Shown here: piece after piece, positions 1 to 12,073 of the stretch
Numbering within the stretch: the stretch's first letter is position 1
Layout: each line of letters starts with the position of its first letter
From: Octopus sinensis
Lineage: Eukaryota
Direction: 5' to 3'
NCBI RefSeq assembly: GCF_006345805.1
Contig: NC_043005.1
Coordinates: 51,460,001-51,524,000, forward strand
Length of the DNA stretch: 64,000 nt
Made by a program: the position numbers and the translations under genes
The notes under the pieces: generated by a model
What the model was told of the DNA's origin: nothing
Database searches by the model: none
Seen by the model: only the letters and a program-made list of their open reading frames with translations

Positions 1-86
1 CATGTGTTTGATATTATTATATTGTTCCTCTGTTGTTCTTATTACTTTTCGGTAGTAGATAGCAAGACTTTAGGACCACCCCATAG

Positions 87-748
87 TTTAATCGCCGGAA
101 AGGTGAAACTAAATTGTACCGAAACTGACGACAGTGAAATCCCAGAGTTACGTGGATAGACCTGCAGCGAAACTTACGCTTCAAACCCCCCTTTTTTTAA
201 TTAATCAGGCTAGCCCATGAGTGCACCAAGTTTGTTTCGCATGTACAGTCTATTTATCGACTAATTGACTTGCAGGAAATCACGATACAAAGTCAGAACA
301 TCATTTCGAGATTCGCGAGATTCGCAGTTGGGTAAAAAAAAGAAAAAGAAAAATCTTTGAAAAAATTGAGAGCTAAAAGATAACACATACTTCACCTCAT
401 ACCATAAGCCAGACCAAGACAGAGCTTTACCAAAATTCAGTGGACTAACATCTCTTTATCTGTCGCTTCAAGATAACTAATGGCTAAGGAGATATAGTTA
501 AAGACACGTTATTCCACTTCATTGCCATAAGCAAACCAGAAATGTGAGTAAATTCGGTTAAACTCTCATCTCAGTTTCCATTCAAAACCAATTCGTTGGG
601 TTAATATATGTAATTTAATCGCCGAAAAAGTGAAAGTGAATTGCGCCGAAAGTGATGACAGTGAAATCCCATAGTTACATGAACAGACCTGTAGTAACAC
701 TTATGATTCAAACCCCTTTCTCCGAGTTATTAGGCTAACCCATGAGTA
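87..748. repeat. Diverged ~135-bp direct repeat pair (87-222 and 614-748), period ~527 bp
   Basis: TTTAATCGCCG..AAGTGAAA..GACAGTGAAATCCCA.AGTTAC.TG.A.AGACCTG.AG...CTTA.G.TTCAAACCC..AGGCTA.CCCATGAGT occurs twice, with many substitutions. Confidence 0.7.
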
Positions 749-1103
749 AGCCATTAATGACTAGAATTTAGGCACTGTGAAAGTTGATCCTTATATCTTC
801 TACTTGTTTTAGTCATTAGACCTCGGCCATGCTGGGGCACCGCCTTCAAGAATTTTAGTCGAATGAATCGACCCCAGAACTTTTTTTTTTTTTTGTTTTG
901 TTTATGGAAAGCTTGATACTTATTCTATCGGCTTCTTTTGACGAACAGTAAAGTTACAGGGACGTAAACACACCATATATATACATTGGCCTGCTCGCTT
1001 AGCTAGCGTGGTGGCATCATTTGAAGGCTAAAACAATACGAAGCGCATTGTGACCAGCGATGTGTAGCAACATCTTATTGCCTAGTCGGTCACGGTGATC
1101 ACG

Positions 1104-1151
<48 letters not shown>

Positions 1152-1597
1152 TCCATACACATACGCATTTTATTTAACACACACACACACACACAACGGG
1201 TTCTTTCAGTTTCGGTCTACCAAATCCCCTTCACAAGGTTTTGGTCGGATCGGTTTGAAGCTATAGTAGAAGACACTTGCTCAAAGACTAACCTGGAACC
1301 ATGTGGTTGGGAAGCAAACTTCTTTATTACATTTAATTGGCCACAAGGGCCTTACACAGAAAGGAAGCTGCGGGCTGGACACACACACATAATGATATGA
1401 ATGACAAATGAAATGATGAAAAATGAAGGCAACTGCAACTCCCGCCGATTGCTGTATACCCGAGCACATTGTTCTTTTATATAACATTTTGAGGCAATAA
1501 AACTCTTACAAAAACAAGTTTAAAAAGGCAATATACCTTCTTACATTGACTAGATACGAAGCCACTTTGAGGCAATGAACCACTTACTCAAGTCCAT

Positions 1598-1843
1598 TTA
1601 GCTATCAAAACTACAATCTTCTTGCCCGACCAAACTTCTCGCCTCAGAAAAACACCTGGGCCAATTTAACACAAATCTATAGGTATCCTTAGGGAAGGAA
1701 TCCATTATCCTGAACAGGTCGGTCTCTCTCATGACCTTCGCAGCCACCTGCAAAGGCCAGTCAGGGTCCTCCGTACAGGACAGGACCCCCTCCCTTCGGT
1801 CCTTCGTTTTGAGCTTGCCAACACACAGCCACGCCTGCGTCGT
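1598..1843 (-). CDS. Candidate terminal coding exon (81 aa + stop) of an unidentified minus-strand gene; could instead be a TE-derived ORF fragment
   Basis: An acceptor (acaaacattccag|) precedes a stop-free, GC/CpG-rich frame TTQAWLCVGKLKTKDRREGVLSCTEDPDWPLQVAAKVMRETDLFRIMDSFPKDTYRFVLNWPRCFSEARSLVGQEDCSFDS*. The other two minus frames close early. No family recognised. Confidence 0.4.
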   Translation of the reverse strand, partial: TTQAWLCVGKLKTKDRREGVLSCTEDPDWPLQVAAKVMRETDLFRIMDSFPKDTYRFVLNWPRCFSEARSLVGQEDCSFDS

Positions 1844-2464
1844 CTGGAATGTTTGTCTTAGTCATAAACATTAAAAATACTGAATATGAACGTAACGCTA
1901 CGATCTGTATATGTTATGCACTGTCCAATAGATGACTGACTTTAATCTATTTTATTTCCTTGTCTTAAAAAGTTGAATAAAAAGTTTTTCCTTTCACATA
2001 TGAGTAATGCCATCGTATATAAATTCTGTACAAGTCATGTACTGTCAGTAATTGACTGAAAATATTTTTGTTTTGATACTTTGTTTACAGTGTTTAAACA
2101 AAATTACACTTCTTTTTTTTTTTTTAGCCTGCTAAAATTGTAACTTTCTACGTGATTTTTAAAAATCTGGACACCATATTTTCAATCGGTATCTTAAGCA
2201 GCTGAGGTGTGTACTACTCCGATTTAATATATATTCAGCAAGCAACATCACCGAAAAAGGCAATTCTGTGATCGCATCTCGGCGCATGAAAGCCAACAGG
2301 TTGCATGTGATCGATGCAATCTAACACAACTTGAAAGTTATGCACAGAGAATCGTTGGGTAATGGTTTGCGTTGATCATGTGGGTTCAGTTGTAGCATAC
2401 GAGTTGGCTCTTTTTATAGCTGAGAAAGAAAAAAACACAAAAAAATACCCCATTAAATTCTAAT

Positions 2465-2715
2465 GTGGAGACGCGCGACTTGGTGGTTAGGGTGTTGAAC
2501 TCATGATTGTAAAGTTGTAGTTTCGATTCTTGGACCGAGCGACGCGTTGTGTTCTTAAGCAAAACACTTCATTTCGCATTGCTCCAGTCCACTCAGCTGG
2601 CAAAAATGAGTAATCCTGCGACGGACTGGCGTCCCATCCAGGGGGTAAATATATGCGTCGCGGAACCCGGGAGACTGGTCCTGAGTCAGTATGACTCAGG
2701 AAGGATCTTTAGCCT
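2465..2715 (+). mobile_element. tRNA-derived SINE (head type B, tail type 1)
   Basis: A/B-box-like head (TGGTGGTTAGGG...GTTTCGATTC), central GTGTTCTT.AGCAAAACACTT...CTCCAGTCCACTCAGCTGG, tail GAGTAA.CCTGCGA.GGACTGGCGTCCCATCCAG. Sister copies at 9571-9817 and 11011-11257. Confidence 0.8.
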
Positions 2716-2848
2716 TAACTCTAATTACATTAATGCATGTAGTTAACATGCAATTTGCTGTCGTAAAAGAATAAAAGTGTCCTAAAGATGAAAATTGAAA
2801 TAGAAACCAGAAGTGATGAGATCACAATGTAAGACGAGCAATGGTACA

Positions 2849-3990
2849 CAAGGGGTGTTCGTTAAAGATTTCCCCTGAACAACTTCCCAAGGACCAACTT
2901 CTCCACATAGCAACCACCAATGGTGACACACTTCTCCTATCACTTTATGCTGCTGTGAAGACTTCATCTGTAGAAGTTGGTAGGTTGCGTCTGGAGCCAA
3001 GACTTTACCTTGGAAATAAGTTCATCATCCGGAAAGTGTTTCCCCTTCAAAAGAGACTTCATGGTTGGAAAGAAGTGGAAGTCAGATGGTGCATGGTCGA
3101 GAGAGTAAGGGGGATGAGGAAGGATTTCATAGCCGCAAGAGTGTGCTTTCATCTGGGCGACACGCGCATTGTGAACTGGGGCGTTGTCTTGGAGGCGGCA
3201 GAGTCCTTTAGTCAGCATGCCACGACTCTCTGCTTTGATGGCGTCCCACAATTTCTGCAGTAGAGAAGCATAAAATGTCCTATTAATTGTGGTGCTCTTC
3301 GCCAGAAAATCCATCATCACTACTCCGCGCTGGCACCAAAAGACTGTGTACATTAGCTTGCCTGCTGAGGGTTCGACACGAGCCTTCTTTGGAGGCGGTG
3401 AGTTATCATGCTTCCATTGCTTCGACTGGACTTCAGTCTCAGGATCATAATGATGGATCCATGTTTCATCCTGTGTGATAAGTCTGCAGAAAAAGTCCTC
3501 CTCGTTTTCGTGGCACATTGCCAAAAGAGCATAGGAGCAGGCCCTACACTTATCTTCACTTCTGGGGCCAGTTGTTGCATAGTTATGCGGCGATCCTCCA
3601 AAATGGCAGCTTCCACTTTATGGATGGTCATCAATGGCAGAATGTGGTCGTCCAGGAATAGGAGCAGTTTCCACCGATGTCCGACCAAATTTGAACTGGT
3701 GATGCCAGTGCTTGACTACGTTATACGATGGTGCATCGTCACCACAAACTGCTTTCATCTCATTGAAAGCCTCTTTTGGTGTACGACCTTTCAAGTATAA
3801 GAATCTGATCACTGATCTGCATTTAGCTGTCTTAATCCACTTCAGTAGCCGTAACAGGCAAACAAATATGAGTGGAATGCTGTAATTTACAAAGTAGCAT
3901 GCAGAGACATGTATGATTATATCTGTACAAGATCCGTTTCCTGCAATAACCGGAAGTGGGTCATCGGAAATCTTTAATGAACATCCCTTG
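2849..3990 (-). mobile_element. Decayed mariner (DD34D) DNA transposon
   Basis: 25-bp TIRs CAAGGGGTGTTCGTTAAAGATTTCC (2849) and rc CAAGGGATGTTCATTAAAGATTTCC (ending 3990), with TA at 3991-3992. The transposase is split over three frames and has an N-terminal HTH, ITQDETW, QDNAPVH and HPPYSLDHAPSDF. I counted 34 residues between the 2nd and 3rd Asp. Premature stops follow FYR. Confidence 0.95.
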
Positions 3991-4688
3991 TAGTTACATC
4001 AGATCTGGGGAATTTTTTGTGCATCAGTGACATGTTTTCCCGTAAAATGTGATCGTTTTCATCTTGTATAAAATATATATACGACTTACATGGTATGTTA
4101 AATATATGTACGTTTTGTACTTTTGGTTATATCGCATAGTGTTTAGATGAAATTATGGGATGTCACTGTCGTCACTTTCTGGTTACTATCGCAATTTACT
4201 TTCATTTTTTAATGACAACTTTCAAACAAATTTTTTTTCAGAATCGTAATCTTCGTATTTTTCTACGGATTTCGCAAAAAAAAAAAAAAAAAAAAAAAAT
4301 TCCGGAAAACGTAAAAAATGAAGGGGAGGGATATGAGGGTGGAATTGAAATTTTGAAAATGCAATTTTTGAAAAAATTTTTTTCAGAATCGGATCCTCCG
4401 TAACCAAAAACGTTGCATTCCGTAAAAAAAAAAAATTAATATATATCCATTTTCCCGAAAGCTATGACAGAAAAATCGGATCTTGTGAATTTTCCGAAAG
4501 TCGTTTCCTCGCCCCCACCTCAGGTTCGTTTGCGCAAAATTTTTATCATATTCGTTTGCTACACAGTTGTCAACACCCAGCAGGCTATTTTATTTTTAGG
4601 GGTCTTTTTTTTGTTAATGGGTGAAGGTCTTTATATTAACCGTCTACTCTCCTGAAGCCCCAAGTCAACTGCCCAGTCTGCTCATACC

Positions 4689-5103
4689 GGATCTTTTCGG
4701 TTTGAATGACAGTTTCTAACATAATTTCTAGGTAACTAAAAAATTTTTAACTTCGTATACTGGTAGAATGAGTTTATAAAACATCTTTTTCTCTTGGCTT
4801 TATTGAGAAAATTCTATAGTTTGTAAGATATTTGTTGTTTTTTCTTCAATTTCTGCAATTTCAACCAATCAATTACGTCCATTGAGGTAAACAACATTCT
4901 GTGCCGTATGAATATGTCCCTCGTTTAAGAAACAGATTGGGTTTATTTACATTTGTGAAGAAAAAAAAAATACCCTTCACCCCACCCCTGACCCTAACCC
5001 CAAAATAGATTGAAATAGAATAAATCGATACTAGGGTCATAATTATGGGTGACAATTTCATATGACACCGCTAGAAAAACTGCCGTTCAAACTGAAAAGA
5101 TCC
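4689..5103. mobile_element. MITE with GG-terminal ~31-bp TIRs and an exact 8-bp TSD (Merlin-like)
   Basis: TIRs GGATCTTTTCGGTTTGAATGACAGTTTCTA and rc GGATCTTTTCAGTTTGAACGGCAGTTTTTCTA. TSD CTCATACC at 4681-4688 and 5104-5111. Internal CCCTGACCCTAACCCC. Confidence 0.85.
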
Positions 5104-5863
5104 CTCATACCTTACGACAGCACTGCTTGTACGATAGGTTTTTGGGTTGCTTTTGTTTCCCCTCTTCTCATAAATTGAGGTGTATGTTTGTGTTCGGAGA
5201 CGGTTAAGAAATTAGGGAGTGGTATCAAATTTTGTGTGAAGTGGGATGTTTGCTAGATGTATTCCTCAGCCTATATCACTCTGATACATAGTTTCCAAAA
5301 CTTTCGCATACAAACCTCTGTGCAGAGCTAAAAGTAAGTCTACGACTCATATTACTGATTAAGTAGAGTTATGGAAAATGGAGATGAATAAGATTCTAGA
5401 TATTTTGTAAATTTTTAGTGGGGAAAAAATCCTTTAGCATTGGTGGTAAATGATTTACTTTTCGCATAAAGCCCTTTTCATTTTTCTTGTTATTTAGAAA
5501 CATGAAGTTTTCTCAAAAGCGCATTTTATTTACATATGAAAACTGTTGAAAATCATACAAAATCCAACATTTAACATTTGAATATCACCGAAATGATTTA
5601 TTGAAGGAAAAATGAAAATATTTCCGCTCTGCAGAATTCGTTGCTGAAGCATACATCAGGAATCATAAAGGTGAGAAAAAGAACTTTCGGGTGATTGAGG
5701 AATAGAGCCTTACTCATTTTACTTTCCCAAAAGGGATTTTTTCTTTTGTTTTTGTTACTTTTTTCACTTTCCACGGGAATTTTCCGTCAGTAATATATTG
5801 GTTTTCATTATTGCTATAAATATGAAAAATATATTCTGTAATTTTATATTACATAAAATTTTC

Positions 5864-6009
5864 GGCGGAGGTAAAGAATACGTACATCACCCGTTTTCGG
5901 CGGAGGTTAAGAATACGTACATCACCCGTTTTCAGCGTAACCCTAATCCTAACCCTAACCCTGAACCCTAACCCCTAACCACTGGGTGTGCGTATTCTTT
6001 ACCATCGCT
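5864..6009. mobile_element. 146-bp mini-MITE with a (CCCTAA)-like core (Merlin-like)
   Basis: TIRs GGCGGAGGTAAAGAATACG and rc AGCGATGGTAAAGAATACG (16/19 match). Flanks AAATTTTC and AATTTTTC (7/8). Internal 35-bp tandem duplication and a degenerate CCCTAA run at 5938-5980. Confidence 0.6.
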
Positions 6010-6227
6010 AATTTTTCTGTTCCAGAATATCACATACACTTTGATATGCTGTAAATATTATAGTGTTTTGGTTAACGTGTTCACTTTTGTACGATGGTAA
6101 ACACGCTAGTTGAACATTTGCTAAAACATTTTTGGTATACGTGAACACTATTTCACCTTTTTATTTCGGCATACATACACCAGGTGCCTCACCGACTTTC
6201 ATACGTACGTACACAAGTGCTCCATTC

Positions 6228-6727
6228 TCATAGCTTTCAGGAAAATGAATATTTTTAACGAAATGTTTTACGAATACGCTTTAGACGGTGTACATTACGA
6301 TTATATTGGAATTTAATATGAAAAATTAATATAATGCCACACATCACACACACACATACATACACACATACATACATACAAAATGAAACTTGAAATTTCG
6401 GGGGAGAAAATGCGATGTGTGTCTATGTATGAGTGTACGCGTGCTTACCTTTTTTTTTCTGTTCTTTTACCTTAACCTCTGATATAATCGTAATCTAGAT
6501 ACCCTGAAAGATATTTGTAGAAAATTTCATTAAAAAATACACATTTTTCTGAAAGTTATGAGGAAACAATGCCGCCTCATATAAATCTTCTGAAACTCTT
6601 ACCCCACCTCTGGAAAAAATTTTTTTTACAATAAATGCTGATATAATCGTAATTTACATCATCTGAGGTGTATTTGTAGAAAATTTCATTGAAAAATATT
6701 CATTTTTCTGAAAGGTATGAGCAAACA
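6228..6727. repeat. Three copies of an ~85-bp module: one inverted (6228-6307) and two direct (6479-6568, 6638-6727); probably a DNA-transposon subterminal array
   Basis: Module ATATAATCGTAAT....TATTTGTAGAAAATTTCATT.AAAAATA..CATTTTTCTGAAAG.TATGA. The direct copies are 159 bp apart. Confidence 0.6.
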
Positions 6728-6938
6728 TAGATGGGTGAGGGCATATTTGTGTAGGTACAGCCTTTTACTTAAAACGACATGTCTGTAACTTAGTGGCTCA
6801 GCAAAAAGGGAATGGTAGAATAAGTACCAGGCTTAGTGAAAATAAATAAATACTAGGATCGATTTGTTTGACTAAAATTCTTTAAGATGTTGCTCTAGCA
6901 TAGCTACAATCTAATTATTGAAACAAGTAAAAGACTCT

Positions 6939-7031
6939 CTGAATTCGGTGGTACTCGGGCGAGGGGGCCCGGCCGCGACTTGTGTGTGGCTCGGCAAGTT
7001 TCGCGAAGAAACTGCGCGCTAGGAGGCGAGG
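6939..7031. other. 93-bp GC-rich insertion flanked by a 9-bp direct repeat
   Basis: 61/93 bases are G or C, with 12 CpGs. AAAGACTCT lies at 6930-6938 and 7032-7040. Confidence 0.7.
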
Positions 7032-7045
7032 AAAGACTCTGCATT

Positions 7046-7384
7046 CAGAGAGTGCAAACCTCTGCCAAGGCAACACCAACATCCTCTCAATGATTAGCCA
7101 GAGATGATTTTTAAAATGAGAATATCTGAAATAAACTTGACTGCTCTCACAAATGAGAATACTAAACATGAACCAGGTCGCTCTTGAAAGTTAAGTAAAA
7201 AAAACTGGAAAAATAATCCAGAATCCTTGTCCAGTACCAGATCAATCCCAAAATCTAATCAATCTATGCCGGTAACAAGGCCAAACATCCCTGAAAGTTT
7301 CATCCAAATCCATATCTTGTCCATGGACAAAACAAATATGACTGAAAACAATACCTTTGCCTTTATTAAGGTGGAGGTAATAAA
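7046..7384 (-). mobile_element. Non-autonomous Helentron-associated (HINE/DINE-like) element
   Basis: On the minus strand: 5' TTATTACCTCCACCTT...AAGGCAAAGGT (degenerate palindrome/subTIR) and 3' TTGGCAGAGGTTTGCACTCTCTGAATGC. This matches the recalled HINE architecture. Confidence 0.55.
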
Positions 7385-9159
7385 AGATACCAAATGCACA
7401 TTTGGTATCTCAGAAAGAGATAGACAGACAGAGACAGAGAATATTAGCTTGCATCACTGATACAACTAAGGATGAAATAGTGAGCAAACCCTTCAGACTT
7501 ATACATTGTTTTTTTTTTGTTTTTCTTTTACCTGCTAAATCTGGAGGATGGAACAGTGCCCATGACCTTTCTAGGTCCTCTGAGTATGATGAGCTCAATA
7601 CTGATGATGTTCTGTTTAAACTGTAACAAGTCAACGTTTGCAGGAAAATCATGAGCGGGGAGAAGTTTCCAGTGGGATGAATTTTGTGGGGACACAGGAC
7701 TAGTTATAGTGGCTAGTGTGAAGCTGGAAGGGTGATGAGAAGTGGAGAGACATACATACATACATATATGATAACTGGCTAATCATGACCAAGGAAGACT
7801 ATCACTGGCAATTGCCCATGCAAAATGTCAGCAATGCCTGTGCATAAGGTTATTGCACCTCTGGTCAGCTTTAGCTGGGCTCGTGCCCATGGCTTCTATG
7901 CTCACTGTGGTGTCCTCCTACTGAATCAGGCACTGGAATGTTGCCCCACCAGAGATCACTCAACCTAACATTTTAGGTCCAATAAGGCTTGCACAACACC
8001 TCACAGACTCTCTCCACCCTACTGACTTGATCCAAAGACAAGCCAAGTCAAGATATCTACTCCCAATATAGGTCACAAACTCCAGAATGTAGGAACACTG
8101 TGATCTCAAGCACCAGCAAAAGATCCCTAAAATGTTGAATACCATTCCCTGCATGTCCAGTTTTATATCAGAGTGACCTTCTAGAGATATGCTTTAACAA
8201 AAGCTAATGAATGCCTCCCTCTCATTGGTCTTCCAGCTCACTGAGGATCCATGCTATTGTTAGGTTCATCTATCCCTTTGATAGATTTTGCTTTTAGTCC
8301 TGCTGGGTTTCTGGCAACTCTCACAAGGCAAGCCTAGTGTTGGTTTACTTACTGACAACCTAACCATGCAACAATGTCAGGTCACTTGAGAGGTTTCTCA
8401 TGAGTGATACCGGTAACAGGGAATCCCTCATGCATGCATACATACATACATGCATGCATACATACATACATACATACATACATACATACTCACACATGCA
8501 TGCATATATACATACATACATACATACATACATACATACATACATACATACATGCATGCATATGGAAGGCCACTCTTACGCTCAAAGACAAACTAAAAAA
8601 AAAAACAATCTGAAGCAATGCAACAATCCCTTTTCTGCATGTAACATTTATTATAGGGTAATAATTTGTAAGATATGAATTATAGAGCGGAATTCTTCCC
8701 CTAAAAATCTAAGTTCATCTGTACTTCGATATAAATGGGCTGGTACTTATCTTGTTCCTCCACTAGTAAAGAATATAATAACTTAAAGTGTATTTCAAGC
8801 ACTATATTTGTAAATACTTCATCACTAGTCTTTAGATATGCCAATATTTTGTCTGCTGTTAAGGTGGCAAGATGGCAGGATTATTAGCATGCCAGGTAAA
8901 ATGCTTAGCAACATTTCGTCTGTCTTTACGTTCTGAGTTCAAATTCCACCCAGGTTGACTTTACCTTTCATCCTTTCGGGGTTGACAAAATAAGTACTAC
9001 TTGGACACTGGAGTTGATGTAATCCCCTCCTCTTAAATTGCTGACCTTGTGCCAAAATTTGAAACCAATATTTTGTCTGCTGTAAAATCAGATATCCATC
9101 CATACATACATATACATGTGTACATGTATATATGTATGTACACAAAGACACACACACAC

Positions 9160-9198
<39 letters not shown>

Positions 9199-9825
9199 CG
9201 ATCTGTATATTATGCTTAAAGCATATACTTTGTGGAATATGATACACATATTGGTATATTGAATTAACACTCATGTCACTCATAACATATATATAAACAA
9301 AAGATACAAATACCTAATACATCTACCACCGACCAACTTACTATAAGCAAACTAATAACGTTACCCAACTACAACTGCATAAAATACAAACACCACACCA
9401 CAGATACAACACGCTTCCAATGAAATAACACAAGTACGGGACCACTGATAATTATATACACACCATCAATACTGAGTCATGCTAGTTTTGCTTGATGGCA
9501 TAAAAGTCAAGCTGGAAGACAAACACCCAGCTCCAGTTTTGATAAAGATATTGGTAATAATTCTAATAGCGGAGGTGCATGGCTTAGTGGTTAGGGTGTC
9601 AGCATCATGATCGTAAGATTGTGGTTTCGATTCTGGGACTGGGTGATGCGTTGTGTTCTTGAGCAAAACACTTCATTTCACATTGCTCCAGTCCACTCAG
9701 CTGGCAAAAATGAGTAACGCTGCGATGGACTGGCGTCCCATCCAGCTGGGGAACACATATACCATTGAAACTGAGAAACCAGGCCCATAAGCCTGGCTAG
9801 GCTTTAAAAGGGCGCATACTCTTTT

Positions 9826-10234
9826 ACTCTTTTACTTGTTTCAGTCATTTGACTGCGGCCATGCTGGAGCACCGCCTTTAATCGAACAAATCGACCCCAG
9901 GACTTATTCTTTGTAAGCCCAGTACTTATTCTATCGGTCTCTTTTACCGAACCGCTAAGTGACGGGGACGTAAACACACCAGCATCGGTTGTCAAGCAAT
10001 GCTAGGGGGACAAACACAGACACACAAATACACACACACATGCATATATATATATATATATATACATACATATATACGACAGGCTTCTTTCAGTTTCCGT
10101 CTACCAAATCCACTCACAAGGCATTGGTCGGCCCAGGGCTATAGCAGAAGACACTTGCCCAAGATGCCACACAGTGGGACTGAATCCGGAACCATGTGGT
10201 TGGTTAGCAAGCTACTTACCACACAGCCACTCCT
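9826..10234 (-). mobile_element. Composite ~400-bp SINE: tRNA/CORE-like head, internal (TA)n(TG)n, conserved 3' module
   Basis: Head GGAGTGGCTGTGTGGTAAG..GGTTCAGTCCCACTG..CTTGGGCAAGTGTC. 3' module CTTGACAACCGATGCTGG...GACTGAAACAAGTAAAAGAG. Duplicated at 11266-11670; most abundant repeat in the window. Resembles the octopus OR2-type CORE-SINE (recalled). Confidence 0.85.
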
Positions 10235-10252
10235 GCGCCTATTTATTTTTAT

Positions 10253-10391
10253 AATAATTCTAACAATATAGAACATAGAGACTTGTTCATCTTCAAAATT
10301 TATTTCCTCTTATTTTACAATTTTTTTTAAATATGAGGAAATAAATTTCGAGAATGAACAAGTCTCCATGTTCTATATTGTTAGAATTATT
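10253..10391. repeat. Palindrome with 63-bp arms (second copy 11689-11827)
   Basis: AATAATTCTAACAATATAGAACAT.GAGACTTGTTCAT...TTTCCTC.TATTT and its reverse complement, with 5 mismatches. Confidence 0.85.
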
Positions 10392-12018
10392 GCCAATATA
10401 GACTCCAGACAATATTACTATCCAGTGAACTGAACACGGAATTACCTATCAGAGGAATTTACAAAGTAACTGACAACTAATAGTAGTCATAGATGTTAAA
10501 TACTGATTGGTGTGGCTAGCCATAACTTGGAACTTAACTGAGAGCCACCATAATATCAGCCTGGATAATATATCCCTCCAAACTCATATATATATATATA
10601 TATATAATATATATATATATATTATATATATATATATCGATCTGTATATTATGCTTAAAGCATATACTTTGTGGAATATGATACACATATTGGTATATTG
10701 AATTAACACTCATGTCACTCATAACATATATATAAACAAAAGATACAAATAACCTAATACATCTACCACCGACCAACTTACTATAAGCAAACTAATAACG
10801 TTACCCAACTACAACTGCATAAAATACAAACACCACACCACAGATACAACACGCTTCCAATGAAATAACACAAGTACGGGACCACTGATAATTATATACA
10901 CACCATCAATACTGAGTCATGCTAGTTTTGCTTGATGGCATAAAAGTCAAGCTGGAAGACAAACACCCAGCTCCAGTTTTGATAAAGATATTGGTAATAA
11001 TTCTAATAGCGGAGGTGCATGGCTTAGTGGTTAGGGTGTCAGCATCATGATCGTAAGATTGTGGTTTCGATTCTGGGACTGGGTGATGCGTTGTGTTCTT
11101 GAGCAAAACACTTCATTTCACATTGCTCCAGTCCACTCAGCTGGCAAAAATGAGTAACGCTGCGATGGACTGGCGTCCCATCCAGCTGGGGAACACATAT
11201 ACCATTGAAACTGAGAAACCAGGCCCATAAGCCTGGCTAGGCTTTAAAAGGGCGCATACTCTTTTACTCTTTTACTTGTTTCAGTCATTTGACTGCGGCC
11301 ATGCTGGAGCACCGCCTTTAATCGAACAAATCGACCCCAGGACTTATTCTTTGTAAGCCCAGTACTTATTCTATCGGTCTCTTTTACCGAACCGCTAAGT
11401 GACGGGGACGTAAACACACCAGCATCGGTTGTCAAGCAATGCTAGGGGGACAAACACAGACACACAAATACACACACATGCATATATATATATATATATA
11501 CATACATATATACGACAGGCTTCTTTCAGTTTCCGTCTACCAAATCCACTCACAAGGCATTGGTCGGCCCAGGGCTATAGCAGAAGACACTTGCCCAAGA
11601 TGCCACACAGTGGGACTGAATCCGGAACCATGTGGTTGGTTAGCAAGCTACTTACCACACAGCCACTCCTGCGCCTATTTATTTTTATAATAATTCTAAC
11701 AATATAGAACATAGAGACTTGTTCATCTTCAAAATTTATTTCCTCTTATTTTACAATTTTTTTTAAATATGAGGAAATAAATTTCGAGAATGAACAAGTC
11801 TCCATGTTCTATATTGTTAGAATTATTGCCAATATAGACTCCAGACAATATTACTATCCAGTGAACTGAACACGGAATTACCTATCAGAGGAATTTACAA
11901 AGTAACTGACAACTAATAGTAGTCATAGATGTTAAATACTGATTGGTGTGGCTAGCCATAACTTGGAACTTAACTGAGTGCCACCATAATATCAGCCTGG
12001 ATAATATATCCCTCCAAA

Positions 12019-12073
<55 letters not shown>

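Larger units (their letters stand above)
9199..12021. repeat. Near-identical tandem duplication, ~1.44 kb unit (9199-10585 and 10638-12021)
   Basis: Identical ORF pairs at offsets 1436-1440. Both units are bounded by (TA)n tracts. Outside the microsatellites I noticed only one 1-bp indel and one substitution. Confidence 0.95.

Noticed and set aside
5635-5670. Plus-strand exon-like segments (5635-5670, ~8687-8765, 30588-30627, ~46260-46340)
   Set aside because: Splice-like signals and short open frames, but no recognisable protein, and they conflict with the minus-strand models. Such matches are common in AT-rich DNA. Unresolved rather than disproved.
5938-5980. Telomeric (CCCTAA)n suggesting a chromosome end or fusion
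   Set aside because: Only ~43 bp, degenerate, and enclosed by MITE-like inverted repeats.
6939-7031. HDV-like ribozyme, suggested by GGG-CCCCCTCG-CCC on the minus strand
   Set aside because: No matching P1 5' strand and no GG for P1.1 at the required positions.
7760-8350. Possible 5' RTE LINE (endonuclease) remnant
   Set aside because: Too decayed to recover a convincing motif by eye.
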